A DNA stretch of 64,000 nt from an uncultured cyanobacterium (GTDB lineage: Bacteria; Cyanobacteriota; Cyanobacteriia; Cyanobacteriales; CAWCAG01), in assembly GCA_963803805.1 (NCBI GenBank), contig CAWDOD010000004.1, forward strand, positions 160,001-224,000. Direction: 5' to 3'. Position numbers and translations under genes: made by a program. Below are positions 21,095 through 31,314 of the stretch, one piece after another. The stretch's first letter is position 1. Every line of letters begins with the position of its first letter. The notes beneath the pieces were generated by a model. That model was not told the origin of the DNA, ran no database searches, and saw only the letters and a list, made by a program, of their open reading frames with translations.

Positions 21095-21893
21095 ATGACT
21101 CGATTCAAGGGATTTTTAAAACGATTTTCTTTAATAGTTCTCATTGCTGTAGGGCTTTTGCTTCCTGCATGGCTCCATTCTCCGGCGTTTTCTAATACGA
21201 CTTCACTAAGCAGCTTGTTACCTGGGGAGTTTAACTTTAGCGCCCCCTCGGATATTGGTAAACCAGATCGGCGACAAGGGGGAGCCACTCGCAGCCCTGG
21301 GGAATGTATGGCCATCGATAAAAATCAGCTCACGGCCTTATCTCCTGTGGGTGGGGTCCTTAACCATGAAAGCTTATCCTAACTTCTCCTGGTATATTCC
21401 CCCAAATTCTGCCCAAAAGGTAGCTTTTTTCCTCATGGATCAAGAAAGTCCTGATGAGTTGTACCATGTTTCTTATCTGTTGGCTAAGACTAATAAAGAT
21501 GCAAATAGTAAAGAGTCAGCCAAAATTATTAACTTAGAGATACCTGCTTTTGCTGAGGTAGCTCCCCTAGAAGAAAACAAGCCCTATACTTGGTTAGTAG
21601 AAGTATATTGTGATGCTTCAGGAGCAAGGGACTATTGGGCATCAGGAGAAATTCAGCGCGTAGAATCTGATCCGGCTGTAACCAATCAACTTAAACAAGC
21701 TCAAACCCCTGAAGCTCGTTTAGCTGTCTACGCCCAAGAAGGTTTATTGCCAGAAACCCTAGAGACTTTGTTTGAAATCGAGCGTTCTAACCCCAACAGT
21801 TCTGATGTACAAGCTGTTTGGCAAAAAATTATTTCTTCTTTGAACTTTATTCACCCCATTGATGATCCTGAAGTTTCTTTAAGCACACGGTAA
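21095..21893 (+). CDS. DUF928 protein, frameshifted near the G-run at 21353-21356
   Basis: Signal peptide, P.RRQGGATR, LTALSP, then in the other frame LTMKAYPNFSWYIP, LEENKPYTW and G.IQRV. Confidence 0.8.
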
Positions 21894-22129
21894 CTAATGT
21901 AGAAACGAATAAAATTGTCTAACTTTAGGATTATTCACCATTTCCATTAGTCCCCTTAAAAAATAAGATTTCCAGAAAACTGGGTTTGTTTTTAGAGCAG
22001 AGTCTGTTGAGAAGAACCCAGTTTTGCCATCCCCTGAAATAGTTAAACCTAATCGAGGAATAACTATCATTTTGACTCTATTCTCTGGGTGCATCACCAA
22101 AGACACAACTGTTACTCCCCATAATCACC

Positions 22130-22945
22130 ATGAGAAAGATCAAATCTCGTCTAGGAAAACTTTCCTTAGCACTGTCCTTAGAATTGGCCATGATGACTAG
22201 CTTTTTAGTCGTGCAAGCCTTCGCCTTTGAACCATCTGGGGATATTAGCACTCCTAAACGCACCGAACCAGGTGGAACTCGCGCTAGTATACCAACTCAG
22301 TGGGAACCAAATCGCTACAGACCTCCAAGTAATATTAGTCGTCCTAGACGTACTCAACAGGGAGGAACTCGTACTGATGAGCAAGAAAATTCCCCACTAA
22401 CTGCTATAGTACCTAGTTCTAGTCAAGGTTTTGGGACAACGAGCAAACCCTACCCCACTTTTCTAGTTTTTGTTTCTGAGTTAGCAGCCCAAGGAGCTAC
22501 CATACCCGTAGAATTTGCTTTGATAGATGAAGCAGGGGAAGATGTTTATAGAGCCAGTTTCTCAATAAATACTGAGTCTCAATTATTGAGCCTGACTCTC
22601 CCTGATCATGCAGGAATGCCGCCTTTAGAGGTAGGTAAAAACTACAAATGGTCTTTTATGCTCATTGAGAATCCTTCGGATTGGACACATAACCCTACAG
22701 CTTCAGGTTGGGTTACTAGAATTGAACCTTCAGTTCAATTAACCCAAGGGCTTTTTGGGGCAACTTCCCTACAAGAAGAGGGAATAATTTATGCCCATGA
22801 GGAAGTTTGGTATGATGCGGTAGCTGCCTTTGCCCAATTACAAAGAGAAAATCCTCAAGATGAGGCTATAAATCAAGATTGGGTTAAACTCTTAAAAGCT
22901 GCGGGTTTAGAAAGTGTTAGCTCCCTCAGCGTATCTTTTAATTAA
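22130..22945 (+). CDS. DUF928 protein
   Basis: Signal peptide, two GGTR motifs, LTAIVP, TSKPYPTF, LEVGKNYKW, GWVTR, WYDAV, W.KLL...GL. Confidence 0.88.
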   Translation: MRKIKSRLGKLSLALSLELAMMTSFLVVQAFAFEPSGDISTPKRTEPGGTRASIPTQWEPNRYRPPSNISRPRRTQQGGTRTDEQENSPLTAIVPSSSQGFGTTSKPYPTFLVFVSELAAQGATIPVEFALIDEAGEDVYRASFSINTESQLLSLTLPDHAGMPPLEVGKNYKWSFMLIENPSDWTHNPTASGWVTRIEPSVQLTQGLFGATSLQEEGIIYAHEEVWYDAVAAFAQLQRENPQDEAINQDWVKLLKAAGLESVSSLSVSFN

Positions 22946-22960
22946 TTCTCCTAACCATTT

Positions 22961-24901
22961 ATGCGCTTTCTGTGCAAAGTTTTAACAGTAGCTCTAGTTG
23001 TAATTATGGCAACCTCTGCTTTGGGTAACGAGATTTTGCCGGAAGATAATTTAATTGTGGAGGGGATTCCCCCTATTCCTGCTTCTATTGTGAAAACCGT
23101 AGAACGTTATACAGATTTTCGTTCTGCTGTTCTTGCTAGTTGGCATCCTCAGCAAAAAGAGATACTCATTTCTACAAGATTTGGGGAAACATCTCAGGTA
23201 CACCAGGTTAAGTCTCCTTTAAGTTATCGTCAACAGTTAACTTTTTTCCCTGAAAGGGTTTCTGGGGCAAGCTATCAACCAACAGAAGGTAACTATTTCG
23301 TTTTTAGTAAGGATACTGGGGGCAATGAGTTTCGCCAAAACTATCGCTATGACCTCAACTCAGGAGAAATCACTTTATTAACGGATGGAGAATCTCGCAA
23401 TAGTGGGGGAGTTTGGTCTAATGCCGGTAACTTAATAGCCTACAATTCTACTCGTCGCAACGGTACAGATGTAGACCTTTATGTTATTGATCCTGCTAAT
23501 CCCAAAAGCGATCGCCTAGTAGCAGAAGTTGCAGGGGGTGGCTGGTTTCCCTTAAGTTGGTCACCCGATGATCAGCAAATTTTGAGTGTTGAGTATATTT
23601 CTGTTAACGAAAGCTATCTTTGGCTTTTTGATGCCCAATCAGGAGAAAAGACTCTCATTACTCCTAAAGGAGGAGAAGAGAAGATTTCCTACGGTGGTGC
23701 AGTTTTTAGCAAAGATGGCCAGGGTTTATATGTAATTACCGACAAAGATGCAGAATTTTCTCGTTTAGCTTATTTAGACTTAAATACTAAAGAACATACT
23801 TTTCTCACGGAAGATATTAACTGGGATGTAGAAGACTTTGCTCTTTCAGAAAATGGTAAGTTACTAGCTTTTGTGACTAACGAAGCTGGTAGAAGTGTTC
23901 TCCATCTCCTTGATACCACTACCCAAAAAAGGCTACCTTTACCAGAATTTCCAGTGGGACAAATCTACTCCCTCAACTGGCACAAAAATAGTCAGGATTT
24001 AGGCTTTACCCTTTATTCTGCCCAATCCACTGCGGATGCTTATTCTTTAGATATAACCACCCAAAAGCTTACCCGTTGGACGAAAAGCGAAACAGGAACC
24101 CTGAATATAGACAATTTTCCTCAAGCAGAGTTGGTACGTTGGTCAAGTTTTGATCAAAGAACAATTTCCGGCTTCCTTTATCGCCCCCCAACTAAGTTTA
24201 CTGGTAAGCGTCCTGTAATTATTAATATTCATGGGGGACCAGAAGGGCAGTATCAACCAGGATTTTTAGATAGGGACAATTACTATCTCAATGAGTTGGG
24301 AGTAGCAATGATTTTTCCCAATGTCAGGGGTTCTTCTGGTTATGGCAAAACCTTCTTACAATTAGATAATGGCTATCTACGGGAAGATTCGGTTCAGGAT
24401 ATTGGGGCATTACTAGATTGGATTGCTACCCAACCGGATTTAGATAGTAACAGAATTTTGGTGACGGGAGGCAGTTATGGCGGTTATATGTCTTTAGCTG
24501 TGGCGACTAAATATAACGATCGCATCAGAGCAGCTATTGATATAGTGGGTATATCTAATTTTGTGACTTTTTTAGAAAGGACAGAAGGTTATCGTCGGGA
24601 TTTACGTCGGGTAGAGTATGGTGATGAACGTGACCCCCAGATGCGGCAGTTTTTGTTAGATATTTCTCCCCTTAATAATGCCGATCAGATTACGAAGCCT
24701 TTGTTTGTGGTACATGGGCAGAATGATCCTCGTGTTCCTGTTAATGAAGCCGAACAGATTGCCAAGACGGTTAAGGATAAAGGGGTTCCCGTTTGGTATT
24801 TGGTGGCGAAGGATGAAGGACATGGTTTTGCGAAGAAGAAAAACCGAGATTATTTGTTTTATGCAACGGTGATGTTTGTTAAGGAATATTTGTTGAATTG
24901 A
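22961..24901 (+). CDS. S9-family (acylaminoacyl/prolyl oligo-) peptidase, secreted
   Basis: Beta-propeller region; IHGGPEGQ, GGSYGG nucleophile elbow, NDPRVP, DEGHGF. Confidence 0.93.
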   Translation: MRFLCKVLTVALVVIMATSALGNEILPEDNLIVEGIPPIPASIVKTVERYTDFRSAVLASWHPQQKEILISTRFGETSQVHQVKSPLSYRQQLTFFPERVSGASYQPTEGNYFVFSKDTGGNEFRQNYRYDLNSGEITLLTDGESRNSGGVWSNAGNLIAYNSTRRNGTDVDLYVIDPANPKSDRLVAEVAGGGWFPLSWSPDDQQILSVEYISVNESYLWLFDAQSGEKTLITPKGGEEKISYGGAVFSKDGQGLYVITDKDAEFSRLAYLDLNTKEHTFLTEDINWDVEDFALSENGKLLAFVTNEAGRSVLHLLDTTTQKRLPLPEFPVGQIYSLNWHKNSQDLGFTLYSAQSTADAYSLDITTQKLTRWTKSETGTLNIDNFPQAELVRWSSFDQRTISGFLYRPPTKFTGKRPVIINIHGGPEGQYQPGFLDRDNYYLNELGVAMIFPNVRGSSGYGKTFLQLDNGYLREDSVQDIGALLDWIATQPDLDSNRILVTGGSYGGYMSLAVATKYNDRIRAAIDIVGISNFVTFLERTEGYRRDLRRVEYGDERDPQMRQFLLDISPLNNADQITKPLFVVHGQNDPRVPVNEAEQIAKTVKDKGVPVWYLVAKDEGHGFAKKKNRDYLFYATVMFVKEYLLN

Positions 24902-25076
24902 TGATTGAGTAGCTGTTGATTCAACTTGTCTGAAATATTTGCCCAGCATTACCTGGAGGTTCACCTAATTCGACGAAATCAAAAAACAGCAGAAGGTAGT
25001 TCATCGAACTCACATTTCCATCAAAATTATTTGACATTCAAGACAATCGCTACTAACCCTAATTATCAACTATCAA

Positions 25077-26555
25077 CTACTTAAATTGTACCCAAACTGA
25101 AACCGAACCTCCGTTACAGCGAAACTCTCCCCAACCATGTTCGTTGGTTTTAATAGGTTCAGAAATATGTTCAGTTAAGTCATAAAATTCTGTATTAGCT
25201 TTACCTACTTCCATCCACTTTGAACCCCCAGCCCCATTACTCATAATAACTGCCATACTTTGGGGATGTTCACCATTGCCAAGACGAGTCCAACCAATAA
25301 TATCCCAATGATCGAAATAATCATATTGTTCCCCGTAAGCGTAATTTTGTCTGGCGTGGAGAAACTTATCAATTAAAAAGCGATGGGAATCTAGCCAAAT
25401 TTCATAACCTTTGTCTTTGTAATGTGCGCCATAATAATCAGCATAAAAAAGACAAGGATAGCCTTCTCTTCGTAATAAAATCAAGGCATAAGCTAAAGGT
25501 TTGAACCACGATTCAACCACCGATTCTAAGGATTGTAAGGGCTGAGAATCATGATTTTCTACGAAGGTAACAGCTAATTCTGGTTTGCTTTGCATTAAGG
25601 TATTATCAAGAATACGACGCAAATCATAGGAACCACCAACCTTACTAGCAAAGTGGAAGTTGTAATGTAAAGGAACATCCACTAAAGACATTTTTCCGTC
25701 GGTTAGATCCATATAATTAAGCAAAGAACCAAGGTTGTTTTCCCAATATTCTCCGAAACTAAAAAGTTCTTTTTGGGTATGGTTACGCATTTTAGGCAAC
25801 CACTGTTTATAAAACCAAGCGGGAATATGTTTAACAGCATCAAGACGAAAACCATCTACTCCGGTGGTGTCTAAAAACCATTCACCCCAATAATCTAATT
25901 CTCCCCTCACTTGGTCATCTTGCATATCTAAATCACAACCAAGCAAGAAATCGTAATTACCTTTTTCTAAGTTTACAAAATCATCATGTCCTTTCCCTTC
26001 AAACAAGTAAACTTTTTGAGGATATTCTCCCGGTCGCCAGTTATTATAAACAACAGAATCAAAGTGCCACCAATGCCATTTCATACTAGAATATTTGTCA
26101 CCGCGACCAGGAAAAGTAAATTTAGTATAAGCTTGAATTTTCTCTAATTTGCCATCAGACATTACTCTGTAGTTACGGTTATTTTCGTAATAAGCTGTGG
26201 CGTAAACTTCTTCGGTTTCATCGGCACTATCTTTATGGTTCAAAACTATGTCTGCATAGACTTGAATCCCAGCTTGTTGGCCTGCTTTAACTGCGGTTAA
26301 AAATTCTTCTTTAGTGCCGTATTTGGTACGAATAGTTCCTTTTTGGTCAAACTCTCCTAAGTCAAAGAGGTCATAAACTCCATAACCAGTATCATAGCCC
26401 CCACTACCACCTTTATAAGCTGGGGGCAGCCAAAGGGCTGTTACCCCTGCTTGGGCAAGTTCAGTTGCTTTTTGGCTAACTTCAGTCCAGAGAGTGCCAT
26501 CACTGGGGTAATACCAGTGAAAAAACTGCATCATTGTACCGTTGACATAGGACAC
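25077..26555 (-). CDS. amyA: Alpha-amylase (GH13, liquefying type)
   Basis: NGTMMQFFHWY, GYGVYDLFDLGEFDQKG, DGFRLDAVKH, GEYW, FVENHD. Confidence 0.93.
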   Translation of the reverse strand: MSYVNGTMMQFFHWYYPSDGTLWTEVSQKATELAQAGVTALWLPPAYKGGSGGYDTGYGVYDLFDLGEFDQKGTIRTKYGTKEEFLTAVKAGQQAGIQVYADIVLNHKDSADETEEVYATAYYENNRNYRVMSDGKLEKIQAYTKFTFPGRGDKYSSMKWHWWHFDSVVYNNWRPGEYPQKVYLFEGKGHDDFVNLEKGNYDFLLGCDLDMQDDQVRGELDYWGEWFLDTTGVDGFRLDAVKHIPAWFYKQWLPKMRNHTQKELFSFGEYWENNLGSLLNYMDLTDGKMSLVDVPLHYNFHFASKVGGSYDLRRILDNTLMQSKPELAVTFVENHDSQPLQSLESVVESWFKPLAYALILLRREGYPCLFYADYYGAHYKDKGYEIWLDSHRFLIDKFLHARQNYAYGEQYDYFDHWDIIGWTRLGNGEHPQSMAVIMSNGAGGSKWMEVGKANTEFYDLTEHISEPIKTNEHGWGEFRCNGGSVSVWVQFK

Positions 26556-26710
26556 TTGGTTTAACTCCTAAAACAAAACAGTTCTGGCACATCCTAGCTT
26601 AGGGAAAAGAATTTGCCTAGAGGGATTTATCCATGACATACTCCTAATACGGTTTCCCGTTAATTAAAAAGGTAACATCTTTGATACTCTCAAAGTTGCT
26701 AGTTAAAGTT

Positions 26711-28285
26711 TTAGTTTGGATTTTCTGTTTCTGGGTTAGATTCTGGGGCATTGGTATTGGGAGTGACATCTGAAGTTGTATCAGGAGTTAGCTCCGGATT
26801 TACTTCTGGTTCATTAAAAATTGTTCCCATGAAATTGGGATTAGCTAAAATTGCCCCTATCCCCACAGCTAAAACGCAGATAACACCACCTCCAATTATC
26901 AAAGGCCATTTGCGAGGGGAGGAATGGGTAGAGGAGATTTGTTGAGATTGTTGAGTCAAGTTTGGAGTTAGGACTGGTGGTGGTGAGGCTGTTTGAATTG
27001 GTTGAGGAGGTTGAGGAGCTTGAGGAGAGGCTGGTTGAGGAAGTGGCGTTGGTACATATTCCTGTAAATACTGCTGCTGTTGAGGAACAATCTTTTTTAC
27101 CATCAGTTGCTGTTGACCCAACTGCAAACGACTACCTGGAAACAACAGTACCTCACCAGTTGTTAGAGATTGTCCATTAACCACAGGGGGGTTCGTGGGC
27201 CGTAGATTCCTGACATAAAAGCTTTGCTGTTGCTGATTAAAATATATTTCTATATGTAAACCAGATACCGTTGGTGAAGATAAAATAAGATCACACCTGT
27301 TGCGATCGCGCCCTATACGAAAAGTGCCAGGATTTTTACTGGCTTGACCGTCTCTAATGGTTTGAGTTCTTAATTGAGAGGCTTCGAGCCATTGCAAAGT
27401 TAATTCATGGGGGGATCTAGCTTGTTCAGTAGGAGCAACAGCTTGATTTGCTAATTCCTCGACAGCCTGCAATGCCTCTACTGCTGAATGATAGCGTTGA
27501 CGGAAATTATAGCGCACCATTTTGTCTAAAATAGCTGCTAACCCAGGGCTGACTTGCACTTGACCACGCCAAATAATTTCCCTATTGTAGCCTTTTTGTA
27601 GTTCTTCAGGCAGACCACGTTCACTAGGGGGCCTTTTCCCAGTTAAGGCTTGAATGGCAATAATGCCCACCGCATAAATATCACTACTAAATTTGGGAGT
27701 TCCCCTAACCTGTTCACTGGGCATATAACCAGGAGTACCGATAATTGTGCCAATTCTTGTTTGTCCTTGGGTATTGAGGACTTGAGTGGCAGAAAATTCC
27801 TTGACTGCCCCAAAGTCAATTAAGACAATTTTGCTATCCTGCTTGCGTCGGATCAGATTGGGAGGTTTGATATCTCTGTGAACTATTTGGTTTTGATGAA
27901 CAAAAGCTAAGGGAGTTAAAATATCAATCAAAAGGGAAGTTACCTCTGATTCACTCCATTGCTTACCAAAGCTCAATTCTTGAGTTAGCTCATGGCCTTC
28001 GATGAATTCTTGCACCAAGTAAAATTCTTGCTCATTGCTAAAGTAGGTTAAAAGTGCTGGAATTTGCGGGTTGTTACCCAAACGACCTAATATCTTTGCT
28101 TCGGCTTCAAATAAGCGTTGTGCCACCTCTAAAATTTCTGGACTAGGTACTTGGGGTTTGAGTTGCTTGACAACACATTTAGCCTCAAATCGTTTGATGT
28201 CTTCAGCTATATAGGTTTTACCAAATCCACCAGAGCCTAAGATTTCGATGACACGGTAACGGTTGTCTAACAAATGGTCTAACAT
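26711..28285 (-). CDS. Ser/Thr protein kinase with FHA domain, Pro/Gln linker and C-terminal TM
   Basis: GSGGFG, VVKQL, HRDIKPPN, DFG, GTPGY; FHA motifs IGRD, VSGLH and N; TM IIGGGVICVLAVGIGAIL. Confidence 0.92.
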   Translation of the reverse strand: MLDHLLDNRYRVIEILGSGGFGKTYIAEDIKRFEAKCVVKQLKPQVPSPEILEVAQRLFEAEAKILGRLGNNPQIPALLTYFSNEQEFYLVQEFIEGHELTQELSFGKQWSESEVTSLLIDILTPLAFVHQNQIVHRDIKPPNLIRRKQDSKIVLIDFGAVKEFSATQVLNTQGQTRIGTIIGTPGYMPSEQVRGTPKFSSDIYAVGIIAIQALTGKRPPSERGLPEELQKGYNREIIWRGQVQVSPGLAAILDKMVRYNFRQRYHSAVEALQAVEELANQAVAPTEQARSPHELTLQWLEASQLRTQTIRDGQASKNPGTFRIGRDRNRCDLILSSPTVSGLHIEIYFNQQQQSFYVRNLRPTNPPVVNGQSLTTGEVLLFPGSRLQLGQQQLMVKKIVPQQQQYLQEYVPTPLPQPASPQAPQPPQPIQTASPPPVLTPNLTQQSQQISSTHSSPRKWPLIIGGGVICVLAVGIGAILANPNFMGTIFNEPEVNPELTPDTTSDVTPNTNAPESNPETENPN

Positions 28286-28335
28286 AGTGCCAACCCCTTT
28301 TCCATCTTTTCCCATTAGCTTTTGATATAAAGATT

Positions 28336-30576
28336 TTAGCTTCTAGCTTGAGCTGCGATCGCAGCTTGATAGAGAGATTGAATAGTTGTTCCTTGGTGAG
28401 GAGATTGGGCGATCGCCCAATTACAAGTAACTTGAAAGCGTGTACCATCAGGGGCAGTGAAAATTTGCTGTCTGAGGTTTTTCAGGAGGATTGCTAAGCG
28501 ATCCCTAGCTTGTTGGCTATTCATACCGGGAATACCAACAACAAATTCCCCATAACCCCAATATCCCACCACCTCATGATTACCAAAAGTGTTTTGAAAT
28601 AAGCGCCCCCAACTTTGTAAAATTTGATTTCCGGTTTGATGCCCGTAGTTAAGATTAATTTCCGGCAATTCAGCTATGGTTAATAGGGCTAAACAAACAG
28701 GTTGCTGTTGCAGTAAACTTACTAAGTTGCTGCTAGAAGCAGCATAACCCGCTAATCCTGTCAGGGCATCTTTGCCAGAAAAGTTTTTTAGTAGGCGGTT
28801 TCTTTCTAAGCGGTTGGTAATTCTGGTTAGTAATTCTGGGCCGATAATTGGTTTGGTGATGTAATCATCTGCCCCCGCAGTAAAGACTTGTTGCACTGTT
28901 TCTCTATCTTGGTGGGCTGTGAGAAATAAGATGGGTAAATTTTGCCACTGGGGATCTGTACGTACTACTTGGCAAAGTTCAATGCCGTTAATTTCTGGCA
29001 TCTCTACATCTAAAATCAAGAGATCCGGCTTTTCTACATTAAGTATTTCCCAAAAGCATTCCGGTTTTTGCAATCCTGTCATCCTTATTCCCCAAGGAGT
29101 TAAAATTGTTTTCAAAGCCGCTAAAAAAGCAGGATCATCATCCACAACTAATATCTTCGTTGCTTGATCTTGATAACTTTGTAGTAATTGCTGCACAACC
29201 TGCCAAATTTGAGTTGCGGTAGTTGGTTTAACTAAAACACTGCTTCCGCCGCAACGGGCGACACTTACCCTATCTACCAACTCAGGATTGGAGGCTAAGA
29301 CAAGGGTAGGTATGGGGGGAGTGCGGCTAGCTAAATCTTTTAAGAGACTGAGACTCTCCTGCCATTCGCTAGATTCTGCAACGGTCAAAACCACTGCATC
29401 CGTTGCTTGAGTTTGCAATACCTCCCTTGCTGAAGTTAAGTTAGAAACCTGTTGCCAATTGCTTTGGCTTAACTGGGCTAATCCTTGTAACTGGGAACCC
29501 AACTCTTCATCACTATCAATAAATAACAATCTTGCGGTAGGAGTTGTTGGGGAAGCTGGCAAAGCTAACATTTCTCTTAACTGTTGCACCAACTCTAGTA
29601 ACCCTTCTCCTCCTTGAGTAACTTTCCCTGGCTTTTCCTGCAACAGCTTTTCAATTTGCCGTGCAGTTTTAGTGCCGGCCTCTTTATCAAACATACCAAG
29701 AACACCAGCTAATTTATGGGCTGCTTTTTGTGCTGATTGGTTTAACGCCAAAGAAGGTTTACCCTGCTGTATTGCAGTAGCAGCTTGTTGCAATGCCTCT
29801 AACCTTTCCATCATTAAGCCTTGATATTGCTGCCACATCTGGCCCATGGCTGCATCAAAACGTTGTTGTACAGAAGTATTTCCCACCTCACTACTTTCTT
29901 GAGGTAGCTTCGGATTCAGGCGATAACCAATGCCATAAACATTCTCAATCCAATCTGCAACACCCACCTCTTTCAACTTGCGCCGTAACCCTTTAACGTG
30001 TGCCTTAACACTTTCTTCTAGGGGAGGATCATCATAATTCCAAAGGCGTTCAATAATTTGCCCCCGACTAAATACTCGGGCCGGATTTCTTAATAATAAC
30101 TCCAACAAACTGTATTCCTTGGGGGTTAATTTTAAAGCTTGTTCCCCATAACTTACCTGACAACTATTAGGATCAAGAACTAATTTTCCCACTTCTAATA
30201 TAGGAGTAAAAGCAACTTCTCCCCGTCGTAATAAAGCCCTGACCCTAGCTTGCAACTCCCCTAAATCAAAAGGTTTAGTTAAATAATCATCAGCCCCGGC
30301 ATCAAGCCCCTTAATGCGCTCGGCCCTAGCATCTTGAGCCGTAATTAGTAAAATAGGGGTAGCACAACCTTCACTACGCAAACGTTGACACAAAGTAATA
30401 CCATCCAACCTTGGCAGCCCCACATCAATTACAATCAGTTCATAATGACTATCTTGGGCATACTCCCAACCTAACTGCCCATCTGCGGCTACATCCACAG
30501 TGTAGTGCTGACCCTCAAGAGATTTTACCAGCACCTGGATGAGAATTTCATCGTCCTCAATTAATAAGATTCGCAT
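28336..30576 (-). CDS. Multidomain response regulator REC-wHTH-Hpt-pseudoREC-REC-degenerate GGDEF (RcaC-like architecture)
   Basis: OmpR-type N-terminus, Hpt AHKLAG, second REC LILDVEMP, DALTGL, and YWGYGEF in place of GGDEF. Confidence 0.88.
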   Translation of the reverse strand: MRILLIEDDEILIQVLVKSLEGQHYTVDVAADGQLGWEYAQDSHYELIVIDVGLPRLDGITLCQRLRSEGCATPILLITAQDARAERIKGLDAGADDYLTKPFDLGELQARVRALLRRGEVAFTPILEVGKLVLDPNSCQVSYGEQALKLTPKEYSLLELLLRNPARVFSRGQIIERLWNYDDPPLEESVKAHVKGLRRKLKEVGVADWIENVYGIGYRLNPKLPQESSEVGNTSVQQRFDAAMGQMWQQYQGLMMERLEALQQAATAIQQGKPSLALNQSAQKAAHKLAGVLGMFDKEAGTKTARQIEKLLQEKPGKVTQGGEGLLELVQQLREMLALPASPTTPTARLLFIDSDEELGSQLQGLAQLSQSNWQQVSNLTSAREVLQTQATDAVVLTVAESSEWQESLSLLKDLASRTPPIPTLVLASNPELVDRVSVARCGGSSVLVKPTTATQIWQVVQQLLQSYQDQATKILVVDDDPAFLAALKTILTPWGIRMTGLQKPECFWEILNVEKPDLLILDVEMPEINGIELCQVVRTDPQWQNLPILFLTAHQDRETVQQVFTAGADDYITKPIIGPELLTRITNRLERNRLLKNFSGKDALTGLAGYAASSSNLVSLLQQQPVCLALLTIAELPEINLNYGHQTGNQILQSWGRLFQNTFGNHEVVGYWGYGEFVVGIPGMNSQQARDRLAILLKNLRQQIFTAPDGTRFQVTCNWAIAQSPHQGTTIQSLYQAAIAAQARS

Positions 30577-30789
30577 TTGTCATTTATTATTGAAAATGTA
30601 ATATTTATCATTCGCTATTCATATTATTTCTTCTCTATTTCTTCACGATCATTGCTTAAAAAGAAAATAGGTAATAGCTAAGTTATTAATGTTTATGAAA
30701 TTTCCCCCAGGCAAGCCTTGCCGAATTTAGTACATTTTATTACTTAATTACTAACCCTAGTCTCTGCTCCCTACTCCCTTGTTTTTCAA

Positions 30790-31230
30790 ATGAAGACTAC
30801 TACTATTTCTCAACTTACTACACAAAATAATTCTCTTGCTACAGAGGTCAAGGAAAATAAAGTCCAGAACAAATGTGTCTTAGTTATTGACGACGAAGAA
30901 GACGTGCGATCGCTCATTAAACTAGGGCTAGAATTACAAGCTAATTGGACTGTGTTAACTGCAAATTCTGGCCCAGAAGGTTTGAGTATCGCCATGACTA
31001 AACAACCGGATGTTATTCTTCTAGATTATATGATGCCAGGTTGGGATGGCCATCAAACCTTACAGCGCTTAAAAGAAAATTCTTTAACCAAGCAAATACC
31101 AGTCATCTTAACCACAGCCAAGATTCAAGCCCCTCATCAAGAAAGCTTTGCAGAACTTGATATTGCTGATATATTCACCAAACCATTACGTTTGTTGCAA
31201 CTAGCAGCAAGAATTTTGCAAGTTATTTAA
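30790..31230 (+). CDS. Single-domain response regulator
   Basis: VLVIDDE, PDVILLDYMMP, TA and KP motifs. Confidence 0.9.
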   Translation: MKTTTISQLTTQNNSLATEVKENKVQNKCVLVIDDEEDVRSLIKLGLELQANWTVLTANSGPEGLSIAMTKQPDVILLDYMMPGWDGHQTLQRLKENSLTKQIPVILTTAKIQAPHQESFAELDIADIFTKPLRLLQLAARILQVI

Positions 31231-31314
31231 TTGCTAGTTGCTAGTGCATCTTTATTAAGTTGATGGATAGTTTTTACCGTCAAGGATTACCCATTACCCA
31301 TTACCTTCCAAACC

